A stretch of DNA of 64,000 bases from an uncultured Acidobacteriota bacterium (GTDB lineage: Bacteria; Acidobacteriota; Thermoanaerobaculia; UBA5066; Gp7-AA6), in the NCBI GenBank assembly GCA_963764715.1, contig CAVXTP010000022.1:656665-720664 (forward strand). The letters run 5' to 3'. The translations under genes were made by a program, and so were the position numbers. The number at the start of each line of letters is the position of its first letter. Positions within the stretch are counted from its first letter, which is position 1. The notes beneath the pieces were generated by a model that was not told the origin of the DNA, did not search any database, and saw only the letters and a list, made by a program, of their open reading frames with translations. Positions 30,761 to 42,154 of this stretch are shown piece after piece.

Positions 30761-33700
30761 TCAGGACGATCGCAGCCCCAGCCTCTCCAATAGCCCTTCG
30801 AACCTCGGATCCGGGCGAAGCGAATCGAAGCCGGGCAACCCCGTGTAGTAGAGCGTGGCCTGGCACTCCGCCTCGGCCCGCGCGAGTGCCTCGAAGGCCG
30901 CGTCCCTCTCCCCGAGCGCGCCGAGCAGCCAGGCTTCCGAGACGAAGTGCGGCGTCCCCGGGAGGGCACGCAGCTCCTGGAGAAGTGTCCGGGCTTCGCC
31001 CTCTCTTCCAGCGGCCGCCAGCGCCCACCCCAGCACCCCGAGGAAAAGGGCCGCCCCGCGATGCGACATCGCGACCAGGTGCTCCGCCGTCGCAATCCCT
31101 TCGCCGAACCGTCCCAGGGCGATGTCCGCCATGCTCGAACACAACAGGGCCGAGGCGTCCTCTCTCTCGAAGGAGAGTGCGTCATCCGCGTAACGCCGGG
31201 CCTCCTCCCGCCTGCCGCTGCACAGCAGCGCCCATCCGGTGAGCATCAGGGGAAAGGAGGCGAGCGGATCGGCCTCCCGGGCGCGTTCCAGCAGCCGGAA
31301 CCCCTCGTCGGGCTTCTGTCTTATGCAGAGGCTGATCCCGAACGAGCCGAGCGCCAGCGCGTGATTGGGCTGGAGGTCGATCGCGCGGCGCCAGGCGCTC
31401 TCCATCGCCTCCCAGCGTCGCTCGATCAGAGCCACGAAGGCCTCGGCATGAAGGCTGTCCGCGGACTCCCCTTCGAGCTCGACGGCGGTCGCCAGGGCCT
31501 TTCTCGCGGCCGCGCAGGCCCCGCGCGCCGGGATCGCGCCGATGTTCGCCCCGCCCGCCGAGCTTTCCGCCAGGCCGGTCCACGAAGGCGCATGCGTCGG
31601 ATCGAGGCGGATGGCTTCCTCGAAGGCTCGAATCGCCCCGACGTAGTCCTCCTTCGCGTAGCGGAGATGCCGGCCCTTCAGGTAGCTGCGGTACGCCTCG
31701 AGGTTGCGCGCCCGCGGTCGGGCGTGAATCGTCGGCGCCCCCGGAGCGAGCCGGGCCTTCACGGCCTCGACGATGCCGGCGGCGATCTCGTCCTGAACGG
31801 CGAAGATGTCGGCCGCGTCGCGATCGAAACGCTCCGACCAGAGCTGGTAGCCGCTCGCGACGTCCGTGAGTTGCGCGGTGACGCGAAGCCTCGCGCCCGA
31901 CGTTCGCACGCTGCCCTCGAGGACGTGGTTCACGGAGAGGGCGCGGGCGATCGCGGGGAGATCTGCGCCATCCTGCCGCGCCCGGAACGCCGAGGTCCGG
32001 GACGCCACGCGAATCCCGTCGATTCGGACGAGCGCATTCATGATCTCCTCGGCCATGCCCTCGCAGAGGTACTCCTGGTCCTTGGCCTCGCTCATGTCGG
32101 AGAAGGGCAGGACCGCGATCGCGACCGCCCCAGCGCGCGCCGCGGCGGAATCCGCTCGAGCGGGTGGACGGACTTCCAGACCGGCCTTGTGGAGTCCGTC
32201 CATCCATTGCTCGACGAGCTCCGGCCCGAACCACTTCCCGAGCTTCTCCCGTCCCGTCTCGGCGTAGTCCGGTCTGAGTCGGAGGAGCTCCTTCAGCGCG
32301 TTTGCCGCCGCGTCCCGTTCCCCGAGCTGACCGTAGGCCGCCGCGAGGACTTCATGCGTGACGAAGAAGTCGGGCAGGTTGAGCTTGAGCGCGATGTCCA
32401 CGGCGCCCCGGTAGTCCCGCTGCCGGTAGGCGTTGGCGAAGAGAGCAAACCGATACCAGCCGGGATGGCGCGGATTCAGCTGCACGGCGCGCTCCACCAA
32501 GGCGCACCCCTTTTCCCATTCGCCGGCATAGGCCGTCAGGGTGCCGAGGCCCGCGAGCGCGGGGCTGTTGAGCGGATTGAGCGCGAGCGCCTGATCGGCG
32601 GCCGCCCGAAAAGCCGCGTACTCCTTTCGGAAGAACAGGGCCCATGCCAACGCGTCGTACGCGACGGCGCTCGAGGGCGCGAGCGAGGCCGCGCGCCGCG
32701 CGGCGTCCAGGGCGCGCCCCAGGGGATCCGGCCGGACGTTGAACTCGTGAGCGTATTCATGCGCGTAGACCAGCGACAGCATGGCCCACGCATCGGCGTC
32801 ACGCGGCGCGTCCCGAACCGCCTTCTCCAGCGCGTCGCGGACCGCCGCATGCTCTTGCGCCGTGCTGCGATATCCGAATCCGAAGCTGCGCAGCACGGCC
32901 TCGTACGGACTCAGCTCCTCGGGAGGCTTCCTCCGGAGCATTTCGCTCATTGTGTGCGGCAGGATCCCGTGCGGATCGCCGACGGTCGCGACGATGCGGG
33001 AGACCAGGTCATCCTGGAGCTCGAAGGTCCCGTCCGAGCGGAAGGTTCGGCTGTAGGTCTCCGCCCAGAGGTGGGCGCCGGACTCGGCATCGATCAACTG
33101 CGCGGAGACGCGAAGCATGGAACCGGCCTGGCGCACGTTCCCGTCGAGGACGTAGCGCGCGCCCAGTCCCCTGCCCGCCGTCCTCGCGTCCGCAGCTTCG
33201 CCCCCGTAGCGCGAGGTCGAGCCCCGGGACAGGACGCGCAGGTAGGAGAATCGGGAGAGACCCGTCACGATCTCGTCCGTCATTCCCTCGGCGAACGCCG
33301 CGAGGCTTTCATCCCCGCCGGTGTGCTTGAAAGGCATTACCGCGACCCAGAAACCCTCGTCGGCACGTGCGGCGCCCGAATCGGCGGCGGAACGAAGGTC
33401 GGGCGTGGGCGCCGCGGCTCCCGCCTCCGGGGCCACCTCCAGCCCCGCCTTGCGCAGGCCGTCGAGCATCTGTTCCACCAGCTCGGAGTCGTACCATTTC
33501 TCGAATTCCCGGCGCGCCGCCGCGGCGAAGTCGGGACGGAGGGCGAGCAATTCCCGCAGCTCCTTCTGCGCGGCCTCGCGCTGGCCGAGCTGGCCGAGCG
33601 CCGCCGCCCGCGCGGCATGGGCGTAGAAGTAGTTGGGCATGTCGATGCGAACCGCCAGCTCGAGCGCCTCCGCGTACCGACCCTGGCCATAGGCCTTCGT

Positions 33701-36700
33701 GAACGCGGCGAAGCGGAACAAGCCCGAATGGTTGGGATTGAGCTGCATGGCCGCTTCCACGAGCTGACAGCCCCGCTCGAGCTCGCCGGCGTGGCTGATG
33801 AGCACGCCGAGGATGCCCATGACCGATCCATCCATGGGATTGAGCGCGAGGGCCTTTTCCGCCGTTGCCCGGAAGGACGCCGTCTCCTTGCGGAGGAAGT
33901 AGACGAAGGCCAGCGCGTAGTGGCCGAGAGCGTTCGTTGCGGCCAGGTGCACGGCGCGCTGCGCCGCGGCCAGGGCGCGGTCGAGAGGACCGGGCTCGGG
34001 GTTGAATCCGTCTGCGAACTCGACGGAATACATGAGGGACAGCATCGCCCAGCAGTCGGCGTAGTCCGGAGCCTCGCGAGCGGCGCGCTCCAGAGTCCGT
34101 CTGACGACGGCGTGCTCTTCGGGAGTCACACGCTCGAAATAGCCGAAGGCGCGGAGCACCGCCTCCTGCGGGGTCAAGGCGTCTTCACCCTTGCTCCGCA
34201 GCGCTTCGCTCAGCCTGCGCGTCAGGATGCCGTTTTGATCGGCCACCGTCGAGACGATGCGGGGCACCAGATCATCCTGCAGCGCAAACATGCTCTCCGG
34301 GGTGAAGGGACGTTCATAGTTCTCGGCCCAGAGGTGAGCACCCGAGGCGGCGTCGACGAGTTGCACCGCGAGGCGCAGCCTGGTTCCTGCCTGGCGGAGG
34401 CTTCCCTCCATCACATAGCGCGCGCCGAGCTCCCTGCCGGCCGAGCGCACGTCCATGGCTTCCGTCGCGTATCGTAACGTCGAGCTGCGCGCGATCACCC
34501 TCAAGTAGGAGAAGCGGGAAAGGCCGGTCACGATCTCCTCGGATAGCCCGTCGGCCAGGGCCGCGAGGTCGGCGTTGGTCCCGCCGTACTTGAACGGCAG
34601 CACGGCGACCCAGAACCCCTCTTCGGCGCGCACCCCACCGGACCCAACCGGTGCGGAAGAGGGTACCGGCTCGGCGGTGGCCGGGTCCGCCGTTCCCCTT
34701 CCCGGGACGATCTCCAGTCCCGCCTTGCCGAGCCCTTCGACGAGGTGCTCGACCAGTTCCGGCTCGAACCACTTTCCGAGCTCTTCGCGCGCCGCCCTTG
34801 CGAATTCGGGTCGGATGGCCAGCAGTTCCGCGAGCGCTTTCCTCGCCGCCGTCTGCTCTCCGAGCTGGCCGAATGCCGCTGCGCACACGAACGGCGTCCA
34901 GAAGTAGCCGGGCATCTGGATGCGCAGGGCTCGATCAACGGCGGCGCGGTAGTCGTGGGTCCGGTAGGCATTGAAGATCCCCGCCAGCCAGTACCAGCCG
35001 GGATAGTGAGGGTTCAACTGCATCGCTGAATCTGCCACCGCGCAGCCGCGCTCCCAGTCGCCCGCACACGCCAGCAGGAGCCCGATGAACGCCTGGGTGG
35101 CGCCGTCCATCGGGATTGAGCGCGATCGTCCGTTCCGCCACCGGCCGGAAGGCCTGCCTCTCGCGTCGGAAGAACAGGCTCTGTGCGAGGGCCTGGGAGG
35201 CGAGCGCGCTGGCCGGAGCGATCTCGACCGCGCGCTGCGCGGCCGCCAGGGCACGCCCGAGCGGATCGGGTCGGACGTTGAACCCGAACATGTATTCGTC
35301 GCTGTAGAGGGTCGCCAGCATGGCCCAGCAGTCGCTCTGCTTCGGAGCGGCACGGACCACGCGTTCCAGCAGGTCGCGCACGTCCGCGTGCTCCTGGGGG
35401 CTCATGCGCTCGTGGAGACCGAAGACGCGGAACACCGCTTCATAGGGGCTCAGGTCCGCGTCGCTCCTGCTCCGGATCGATTCGCTCATGCTGTGCGGCA
35501 GAATGCCGTGCTGGTCCGCGACCGTGGAGACGATCCGGGGGACGACCTCGTCCTGCAGCTCGAACACGGTCTCCGGGTGGAAGGGACGATCGAAGGTCTC
35601 GGCCCAGAGATGGGCGCCGGAGCTCGCGTCGACGAGCTGCACGGCGATGCGCAGCCTCGACCCCGCCTGCCGAAGGCTGCCCTCCATCACGTACCGCGCG
35701 CCCAGCTCCCGGCCGGCGGACCGCACGTCCGCGGCCGAGCCGCGCGAGATCACCCGGAGGTAGGAGAACCGCGAAAGGCCGGTCACGATCTCCTCGGTCA
35801 ATCCTTCGGCCAGGGCCGTCAGCGACGCGTCCGCGCCGCCGTACTTGAACGGAAGCACCGCCACCCAGAAGCCCTGGTCGGCGCGGGCCTGTCCGGAGGG
35901 CGTTTTCGACGCCGCGTTGACCGTTACGACAGGCCTCGGCGTGTCGGACGCGGCTTCGGGAATCGAGAGCCCCGCCTTGCGCAACCCGTCGAGTATCGGC
36001 TCCATGAGGCCGCTCGCGAAGTGCCAGCTCCCGACGTTCGAGCGCGCGTGCGCCGAAAACTCGGCGTCGAGCGCCAGCAGGTCCCGGACGGCGGCTTCGG
36101 CTTCGGCGCGCCGGCCGAGGTGGCCGCAGGCCGACGCCACCACGAGATAGGGCCAGAAGAGCCCGGGAATGTCCACACGGTTCGCGCGCTCGAGGGCTTC
36201 CTCGTACTCGCCCTTGTGGAAGTGCTCCCAGAGCGGGGCGAAGTGCATCCAGCCCGCATGGTTGGCATTGAGCTCCATCGCGCGCCGCACGATCCCGGCG
36301 CCCCGCTCGAACTCGCCGGTGTGCACGATCTGCAGCCCGAGGATGCCGACCGCGTCGGTGTTGAGCGGATTGAGGGCCATCGCGCGCTCGGCCGCGGGGC
36401 CGAACGCCGCCAGGTCCTGGCGGAAGAAGTGCGTCTGCGCGAGCGCAACGAGCGCGAACTGGTTCCCGCGATCGAGCTCGACCGCGCGGCGGGCCGCGGC
36501 GAGCGCCCGGTCGAGAGAGGTCGGGTCGCTCTGGAAGCCGAACGCGTACTCGTCGACGTAGATCTGCGCCAGACACGCCCAGAGGTCCGACTGCCGGTCG
36601 TCCCGCTTCACCGCGCGCTCCAGCCGGCTCTTGAGCGCCGCGTGGGCCGACGGCGTGATCTGCTCGCGGTAGGCGAAATACTGAAACTGCCACTCCACGG

Positions 36701-38092
36701 GCGTCAGATCCTCGTCGTCCCTCTCCCGGATCGCGGACCTCATCGAATTCACGAGGACCCCGTAGCTGTCGGCGACCGTCGCGACGAGGCGGCCGGCGAC
36801 GTCGTCCTGGACCGCGAACATGCTCGACGTCTGGAGGTCCCGGCCGTACGTCTCGGACCACAGCTGCGCTCCCGTCTGGGTGTCGACGAGCTGGGCGCTC
36901 ACGCGGATGGCGGACCCTGCCTTGCGGAGGCTTCCTTCCACCACGTAGCGCGCGCCGAGCCTGGCGCCCATAGCCCGCTCGTCTCCGGCCTCTCCCTTCA
37001 GGCGGGCCGCCGAGGCGCTGGAGACGACCGACAGATAGCGAAACCGCGACAGACCGGTCGCGATCTCCTCGGACAGCCCGTCGGCCAGCGCGGCCAGATC
37101 GGCTTCGGCGCCGCCGTGCTTGAACGGCAGCACGGCGACCCGGAAGCCCCGGTCGGTGGCGCGCCGGCGCCCGAGTCGGCCGCGGACCGGGGACGCGAGA
37201 CCGAGGCGATAGCGGTCGCGGGCCGGCTAGGCGGAGCATCGCTGGTGACGCCGCGCAACCCGTAGCGAACCTCCCCCGCGGACGGGAACCGGTCCGCCGG
37301 GCTCTTTTCGAGACAACGTTGGATCACCCGCGCGAGCGCCTCCGGGCAATCCGCCCGGAGCTCGCCGAGTGGCTGCGGCGTGTCCCGCAGGATCGACGAG
37401 ACAAGCTCGGCCGAGGAGTGACCGTGGAACGGCCGCTGCCCCGTGGCCATCTCGTACAGGATGATGCCGAGCGAGAAGATGTCCGTCCGGTGATCCACGG
37501 CCCGGCCCTGGACCTGCTCCGGCGACATGTACGGCACGGTCCCCATCACGACGCCTTCCTGCGTCTTCATCTCGGTCGGCAGTTCGGTGCTGTTGGGCGC
37601 AGCGCCCCCGGCGGGCTCGACTTTCGCCAAGCCGAAGTCGAGCACCTTGACCCGCCCGCCGCTGCCCACCATGACGTTGGCGGGCTTCAGGTCCCGGTGG
37701 ATGATGCCCCTCTCGTGGGCCGTCGCCAGGGCGTCGGCGAGCGCCGTGGCGATCTCGACGAGCCTCCCGACCGGCAGAGGGCCCTCCGCAATGAGAAGGT
37801 CGAGCGACCGCCCCTCGACGAGCTCCATGGTCAGGAAGTGGACGCCTCCGGATTCCTCGACCGAGTGGATCGTGACGATGTGCGGATGATTGAGCGCCGC
37901 GACGACCCGTGCCTCGCGCTGGAACCGTTCGAGCCGCTCCGGGCTCGAGGCCATCTCCGCCGGAAGCACCTTCAGGGCCACGTCGCGGCCGAGCTTCGTG
38001 TCCCTCGCGCGATAGACCTCCCCCATCCCGCCGGCGCCGATCGGCGCGACGATTTCGTGGAAGCCGAGGCGGGTGCCGGGCGCGAGCGTCAT
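30761..38092 (-). CDS. Giant Ser/Thr protein kinase with five tandem TolB-like/TPR modules; interrupted by frameshifts near 37150-37165 and 35112 (assembly error or pseudogene)
   Basis: Kinase motifs GAGGMGEV, VALK, HRDLKPAN, DFG and GTVPYMSPE; five VAV(L/M)PF..GxxEE/DE modules continue across three ORFs in homologous register. Confidence 0.82.
32170..37150 (-). repeat. Four degenerate tandem coding repeats of about 1.26 kb (TolB-like + TPR unit)
   Basis: Units start near 37146, 35875, 34620 and 33357 with GF(W/R)VAV(L/M)PFK and end with GLxKAGL. Confidence 0.85.
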
Positions 38093-38174
38093 CGGGTTGC
38101 GGGAAGCCTACATCGCGGGTCGAGACGTGGCGCCGGTGCGGACGCTCGAGGTTTCGCCGAGACGAATTCAGCGG

Positions 38175-39860
38175 CTACTCTCGCCACCACGGCCGATCTA
38201 CGTCGCGGGGCGCCGTGGCGGCGACGTAACCGGCCATCATCTTCAGCCGCTCTTCGAGGGAGAAGGGCCCCGCCCAGCAGTGCGGCTCGCGGGGTCCGTA
38301 GGTGATCGATCCGCCCCACCGGGGCGAGGTCGTCGTTTTCAGGTAGTCCTCGAGAAGGTGAACCGCGTCGTTCAGGTAGTAGGTGTCCATGTCCCCGGTC
38401 CAGATGTGGATCTTGCCTGCGAGCTTCGGCCCGATCTCCTTCCAGTTTCGCTGGAGGTAGGCGTTCAGGTCGGTGTGCTCCTTCCAGTACGCGGCGACCC
38501 CGTGGTCGATCGCTCCCGTCGCCGGATCGAAGAGCGGCTGGAAATAACCGTTCGCGCCCACGGGGCCGTAGACCGCCTGCCAGCAGTCCCAGTCTTCGCT
38601 GGAACGCCCGCCCGAGCCCATCGCCTCTTCGTACTTGAGCTGTTCACGCATGGTCGAGAGGACGAGGCCGTCCGGCTGGCGCTGTCCCGAGATCGGGGTC
38701 TTGCGCCAGTCGTCCTTGCGGTACCAGGCGTTGTCCCAGTCGTAGATGTTGACCAGCTCGAAATAGTGGAAGTCGACGGGATCCGGACAATACGAGAACG
38801 TGCCGCCGAAATAGTCCGGGTAGAAGATCTGGAGCGCGAGCGACTCCCATCCTCCCGTCGAGCCGCCGGAAAGTATCCGCGCCCAGGGCTGGGGAATCGC
38901 GCGGAAGTTTTTCTCGATGTAGGGAATGAGCTCCTGCGTGATGGCCTGGCCGTACGGGCCCATGTTGGGAGAGTCGATCGCGTAGGAATCGTCGTAGTAC
39001 GGCGTCGGATGCTGGAACGTCACGAACAGCATCCGCGGGAACGCGCCCGACTGCCAGGCTTTCGAGAACTCCTCCTGCCGGCGTGCACGCGCCTTTTGCC
39101 GCTCGGTGGCGTCCGGTTTGGGCTCGGCGCGCTCCAGGAACCCGCCCGGCGGCTCCGTGGAAAAGTGCCCCTGCTCGTAGTTGACGGGGTACTGCACCCC
39201 GGAGTCGCGGTCGTAGTCCTTCGGCAGGAGGATCGTCGCGCCGATGAGGATAGGGCGCCCCCAGAACTTCGAAAGCAGCGGGCTCTCGAAGCGTACGTGC
39301 TTGACCCACGCGGTATCGGCCGGCACCTCGATCGGCGGGATTTTCCGATCGAGGACGATCCGGATCGGCTCGCTCGAAGCCGGATCGACGTGGATCTTCC
39401 TCGGCTCGCTGTAGAGGTTGCCCGGCGAGACCGGAAAATTCTGGCCCTCCCACTGGTCCATGTGCATCTTCAGGACGTGGCCATCGGAGCGGTGGAAGGT
39501 CGTGTAGACGTTCAGCATTCCCTGGACGGTGTAGTCGCCCGCCGGCAGGTCGGCGAGGCGCTCGACGGGATAGCCGGTGGACCGGCCGCCGATGACGGCC
39601 CGCTGGCCGGGCTTCAGCCCGTCGACGTCCTCGCCGAAGAACGGAGTGGACTTGTACTGCCCGCCGGACTTGCCGAACTGGAGACGCGGCTCGGGCTCGG
39701 ACTTGCGGGTCAGGATGACGAAGACGCGCCCGTCGGCGGGCTCGGTCCGGACGGTCGGCGGGAAGAGAAGCTCGAAGCGCAGCGTCGCCGAGTGCTCCTC
39801 GGCCGCGAGGGGCGTGCCGAGGGCGAGCGCGAGAGAAAGGACCCTGATCTTGCTGAACAT
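38175..39860 (-). CDS. Secreted alpha/beta-hydrolase (putative esterase family)
   Basis: Signal peptide; SPLLSKFWGRP, ELIPYIE, GGSTGG nucleophile elbow, PDPVDF and GDMDTY. Confidence 0.85.
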   Translation of the reverse strand: MFSKIRVLSLALALGTPLAAEEHSATLRFELLFPPTVRTEPADGRVFVILTRKSEPEPRLQFGKSGGQYKSTPFFGEDVDGLKPGQRAVIGGRSTGYPVERLADLPAGDYTVQGMLNVYTTFHRSDGHVLKMHMDQWEGQNFPVSPGNLYSEPRKIHVDPASSEPIRIVLDRKIPPIEVPADTAWVKHVRFESPLLSKFWGRPILIGATILLPKDYDRDSGVQYPVNYEQGHFSTEPPGGFLERAEPKPDATERQKARARRQEEFSKAWQSGAFPRMLFVTFQHPTPYYDDSYAIDSPNMGPYGQAITQELIPYIEKNFRAIPQPWARILSGGSTGGWESLALQIFYPDYFGGTFSYCPDPVDFHYFELVNIYDWDNAWYRKDDWRKTPISGQRQPDGLVLSTMREQLKYEEAMGSGGRSSEDWDCWQAVYGPVGANGYFQPLFDPATGAIDHGVAAYWKEHTDLNAYLQRNWKEIGPKLAGKIHIWTGDMDTYYLNDAVHLLEDYLKTTTSPRWGGSITYGPREPHCWAGPFSLEERLKMMAGYVAATAPRDVDRPWWRE

Positions 39861-39978
39861 AGGGTGCGTATCTTCCCATTTCTGGCTCGCCTCCTCCGGC
39901 AAGACGAGGCCATGGCGTGGAAGCCGCGAACACTCGAGCCCTGGGGTGCGGTGAGATCTCCGACGATGCAGGATTCGT

Positions 39979-40053
39979 TGGAGCGGGCAACCGGGATCGA
40001 ACCGGCGACATCCAGCTTGGGAAGCTGGCGTTCTACCGCTGAACTATGCCCGC
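39979..40053 (-). tRNA. tRNA-Gly(CCC)
   Basis: GCGGGCATAGTTCAGCGGTAGAACGCCAGCTTCCCAAGCTGG...GGTTCGATCCC..GCCCGCTCCA; cloverleaf, anticodon CCC, encoded CCA. Confidence 0.98.
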
Positions 40054-40063
40054 ATCGGGCCGG

Positions 40064-40092
40064 ATCTTAGCCAAACCAGGGGCCTTCGACAA
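40064..40092 (-). promoter_or_regulatory. Sigma70-type promoter of tRNA-Gly (TTGTCG-N17-TAAGAT)
   Basis: Canonical spacing; 10 nt upstream of the tRNA. Confidence 0.75.
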
Positions 40093-40099
40093 CCTTCGA

Positions 40100-40250
40100 A
40101 CCGCGGTCAGCGACCCGCCGCCGCAGGCGGCTGCGCTTTCGCAATTCCTCGATCTCCTGCTGGATCGCCGCGACGAGCGCCTCCGTGACGATTCTCCCCT
40201 TCACTTTCGTTGCCGGCGTCGCATCGCCGACGACCTCCGAGGGCGAGCTT
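40100..40250 (-). pseudogene. Degenerate duplicate of the creatininase gene 3' end
   Basis: Translates SPSEVVGDATPATKVKGRIVTEALVAAIQQEIEELR versus SPSGVFGDATLATKEKGRVVTEALVAAILQEIEELR in the intact gene. Confidence 0.85.
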
Positions 40251-40409
40251 CGGACGCGCATCCATTGGGTCGGAATGATCTGCCTGAATCATGGTCAACG
40301 AGGCCGCCCGGACGTATCAAGACGCTCTGGTTTCACAGAAGAGGGTGCAAGGGGCAGAGGGGTCGGTCTCTTTGCACGAACCCCAAGGGAAGGCCCGGGA
40401 GGTATGACC

Positions 40410-42056
40410 ATGAACGCGAATCGTCCACGAATGGTTGCGCTGGCCCTGGGAGTCCTGACGCTGGTCTCGAGCGCCGCCGCCGGCGCCGAGTTCCAGTGGC
40501 AGGTGGTGGTCAACAACGGTGACACGGTCCCCGGCGACACCCGGAAATTCAACAGCTACAACCAGCCCTCGCTGAACATCCAGAGGCTGGTCGTCTTCCG
40601 CGCGCGGAGCAAGGGCGGGGTGACGGGAGAGCCCGCGCACGGTGTCTTCATCCGCGACATGGCGCTGGGAACGCCTCTGACCACGATCTTCGACCGCGAG
40701 ACCCTCGTGCCGTACCCGAACAGCGAGGACTCGACGTTCATCGAGCCGCCGTCGTTTCCGCGCATCGACCAGTCGTCGGACACGCTGGCCTCCCGCGGGA
40801 ACCACCCACCGGTGTGGGAGTACGACATCGCGCCCGACGCCACGACGAAGGCCGGAACCACCGGCATCTACACGAACCCCTTCGGGGACCTCATCACCGG
40901 CGCGAGCAACCTCGGCGTGGCTCCCGACTTCCCGTTCTTTGCGGTTCCGGGAACCGCCTCGATCAAATTCGACGTCTTTCCCGGCGCTCCCGCGGTGACC
41001 GACCGCGCGACAATTGTGTTCAAGGGCAACTACACTCTCCTCGACCCGAACGATCCTCCTTTCGGGACGATCACCAAGACCGGGGTCTTCTACCGTGAGC
41101 TGACGGACGCACCCGCCGGCGGCGACCTGCCGGCGGTCCTCCTCGCCGACACGGACACGCTCATTCCCGGCACCACCACTCCGTTCGGCTCCACCGCTCC
41201 GCCGAGCGCGGCCGGCCGACAGGCGGTGTTCGCCGGCTTCGACATCGAGGAAGCACCGACGAAAGGCGGGATCTACCTGGCGCCGCTGACCGGGCCGAGC
41301 CCGACGCTCAGATCGCTGGTCAAGATCGGCGGCGCGGTGCCCGGCGAGAGCAAGGGCGTCGTCTTCAACAGACTCGGCGAGGGAGTTTCCTTCGACGGGC
41401 GTTTCGTCGCCTTCTGGGGCGCCTGGGGGTCCGAGACGAAGAGGCTCCTCCTGCAGTGCGGCGAGGAGGGCAACGCAGACCGGAGGGCATTTTGCCTGCA
41501 GGAATATCCGGACGGCTTCGAAACACGGGTTCCCGTCCACCAGGGGGTCTTCGTCTACGACACTTCGACCCGGCAGACGCGGGTCGTCGCCAAGACGCCC
41601 GCCGACTTCGACGACTTCGTTTACTGGAATTTCTCGGGTCGGGTCCCCGGCGCGGGCGACGACACCGGTGAACTGGCGCGGTGGCGCTCCGCCAGCTTCG
41701 TGGCGGTATCCGGGCGGGTGGATGGGCAGATCGCCGATGCCACCTTCCATGCCGCCTTCAAGGCCAGAACGGGTGACGTGGTCGACGGGGAGTACGTGGA
41801 CCCGATCGACGGGATCTACCTCCGCAAGGGCCCGGGCGGCTCGCCGATCGCGAGCGTGGTCGAGACGGGGATGGACGGAACTCTGATCGACCCCGAGGCC
41901 GTCGACCCCCTCACGGGAGGACTGCTCCCGGTCACCGCGATGGGGATCGAGCGCGACGGCTTCCGCGGCAGGTCGCTCGCCATCAACGTGAGCATGGGGA
42001 CGGAGGAGGCCGGCTGGGCGGGGATCTACCTGACCTTGGTTCCGACGGACTTCTGA
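40410..42056 (+). CDS. Secreted hypothetical protein (about 548 aa, probably beta-rich repeats)
   Basis: GGGAGGT RBS, signal peptide, strong GC3 bias. Confidence 0.85.
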   Translation: MNANRPRMVALALGVLTLVSSAAAGAEFQWQVVVNNGDTVPGDTRKFNSYNQPSLNIQRLVVFRARSKGGVTGEPAHGVFIRDMALGTPLTTIFDRETLVPYPNSEDSTFIEPPSFPRIDQSSDTLASRGNHPPVWEYDIAPDATTKAGTTGIYTNPFGDLITGASNLGVAPDFPFFAVPGTASIKFDVFPGAPAVTDRATIVFKGNYTLLDPNDPPFGTITKTGVFYRELTDAPAGGDLPAVLLADTDTLIPGTTTPFGSTAPPSAAGRQAVFAGFDIEEAPTKGGIYLAPLTGPSPTLRSLVKIGGAVPGESKGVVFNRLGEGVSFDGRFVAFWGAWGSETKRLLLQCGEEGNADRRAFCLQEYPDGFETRVPVHQGVFVYDTSTRQTRVVAKTPADFDDFVYWNFSGRVPGAGDDTGELARWRSASFVAVSGRVDGQIADATFHAAFKARTGDVVDGEYVDPIDGIYLRKGPGGSPIASVVETGMDGTLIDPEAVDPLTGGLLPVTAMGIERDGFRGRSLAINVSMGTEEAGWAGIYLTLVPTDF

Positions 42057-42075
42057 CCGAACGGATCGGCGCGGC

Positions 42076-42116
42076 CGCGAGCGGGGTTCGGCTCCGTGGG
42101 GAGCCGCCCGTTCGCG
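42076..42116. terminator. Stem-loop between convergent genes (probable terminator)
   Basis: CGCGAGCGGG..GGCTCC-GTGG-GGAGCC..CCCGTTCGCG, followed by GGGTTCTTT on the + strand. Confidence 0.55.
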
Positions 42117-42154
42117 GGGTTCTTTGCCAAACCGGCCTTCTACGACAACCGCGG

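Noticed and set aside
29000-39978. Integrative island or prophage at the tRNA-Gly 3' end
   Set aside because: No integrase or phage genes, and no duplicated tRNA 3' end (att) found by eye; hotspot origin remains possible but unsupported
38073-40070. 665-aa plus-strand ORF ending LERATGIEPATSSLGSWRSTAEL
   Set aside because: Antisense to the esterase; the tail is the translated reverse complement of tRNA-Gly
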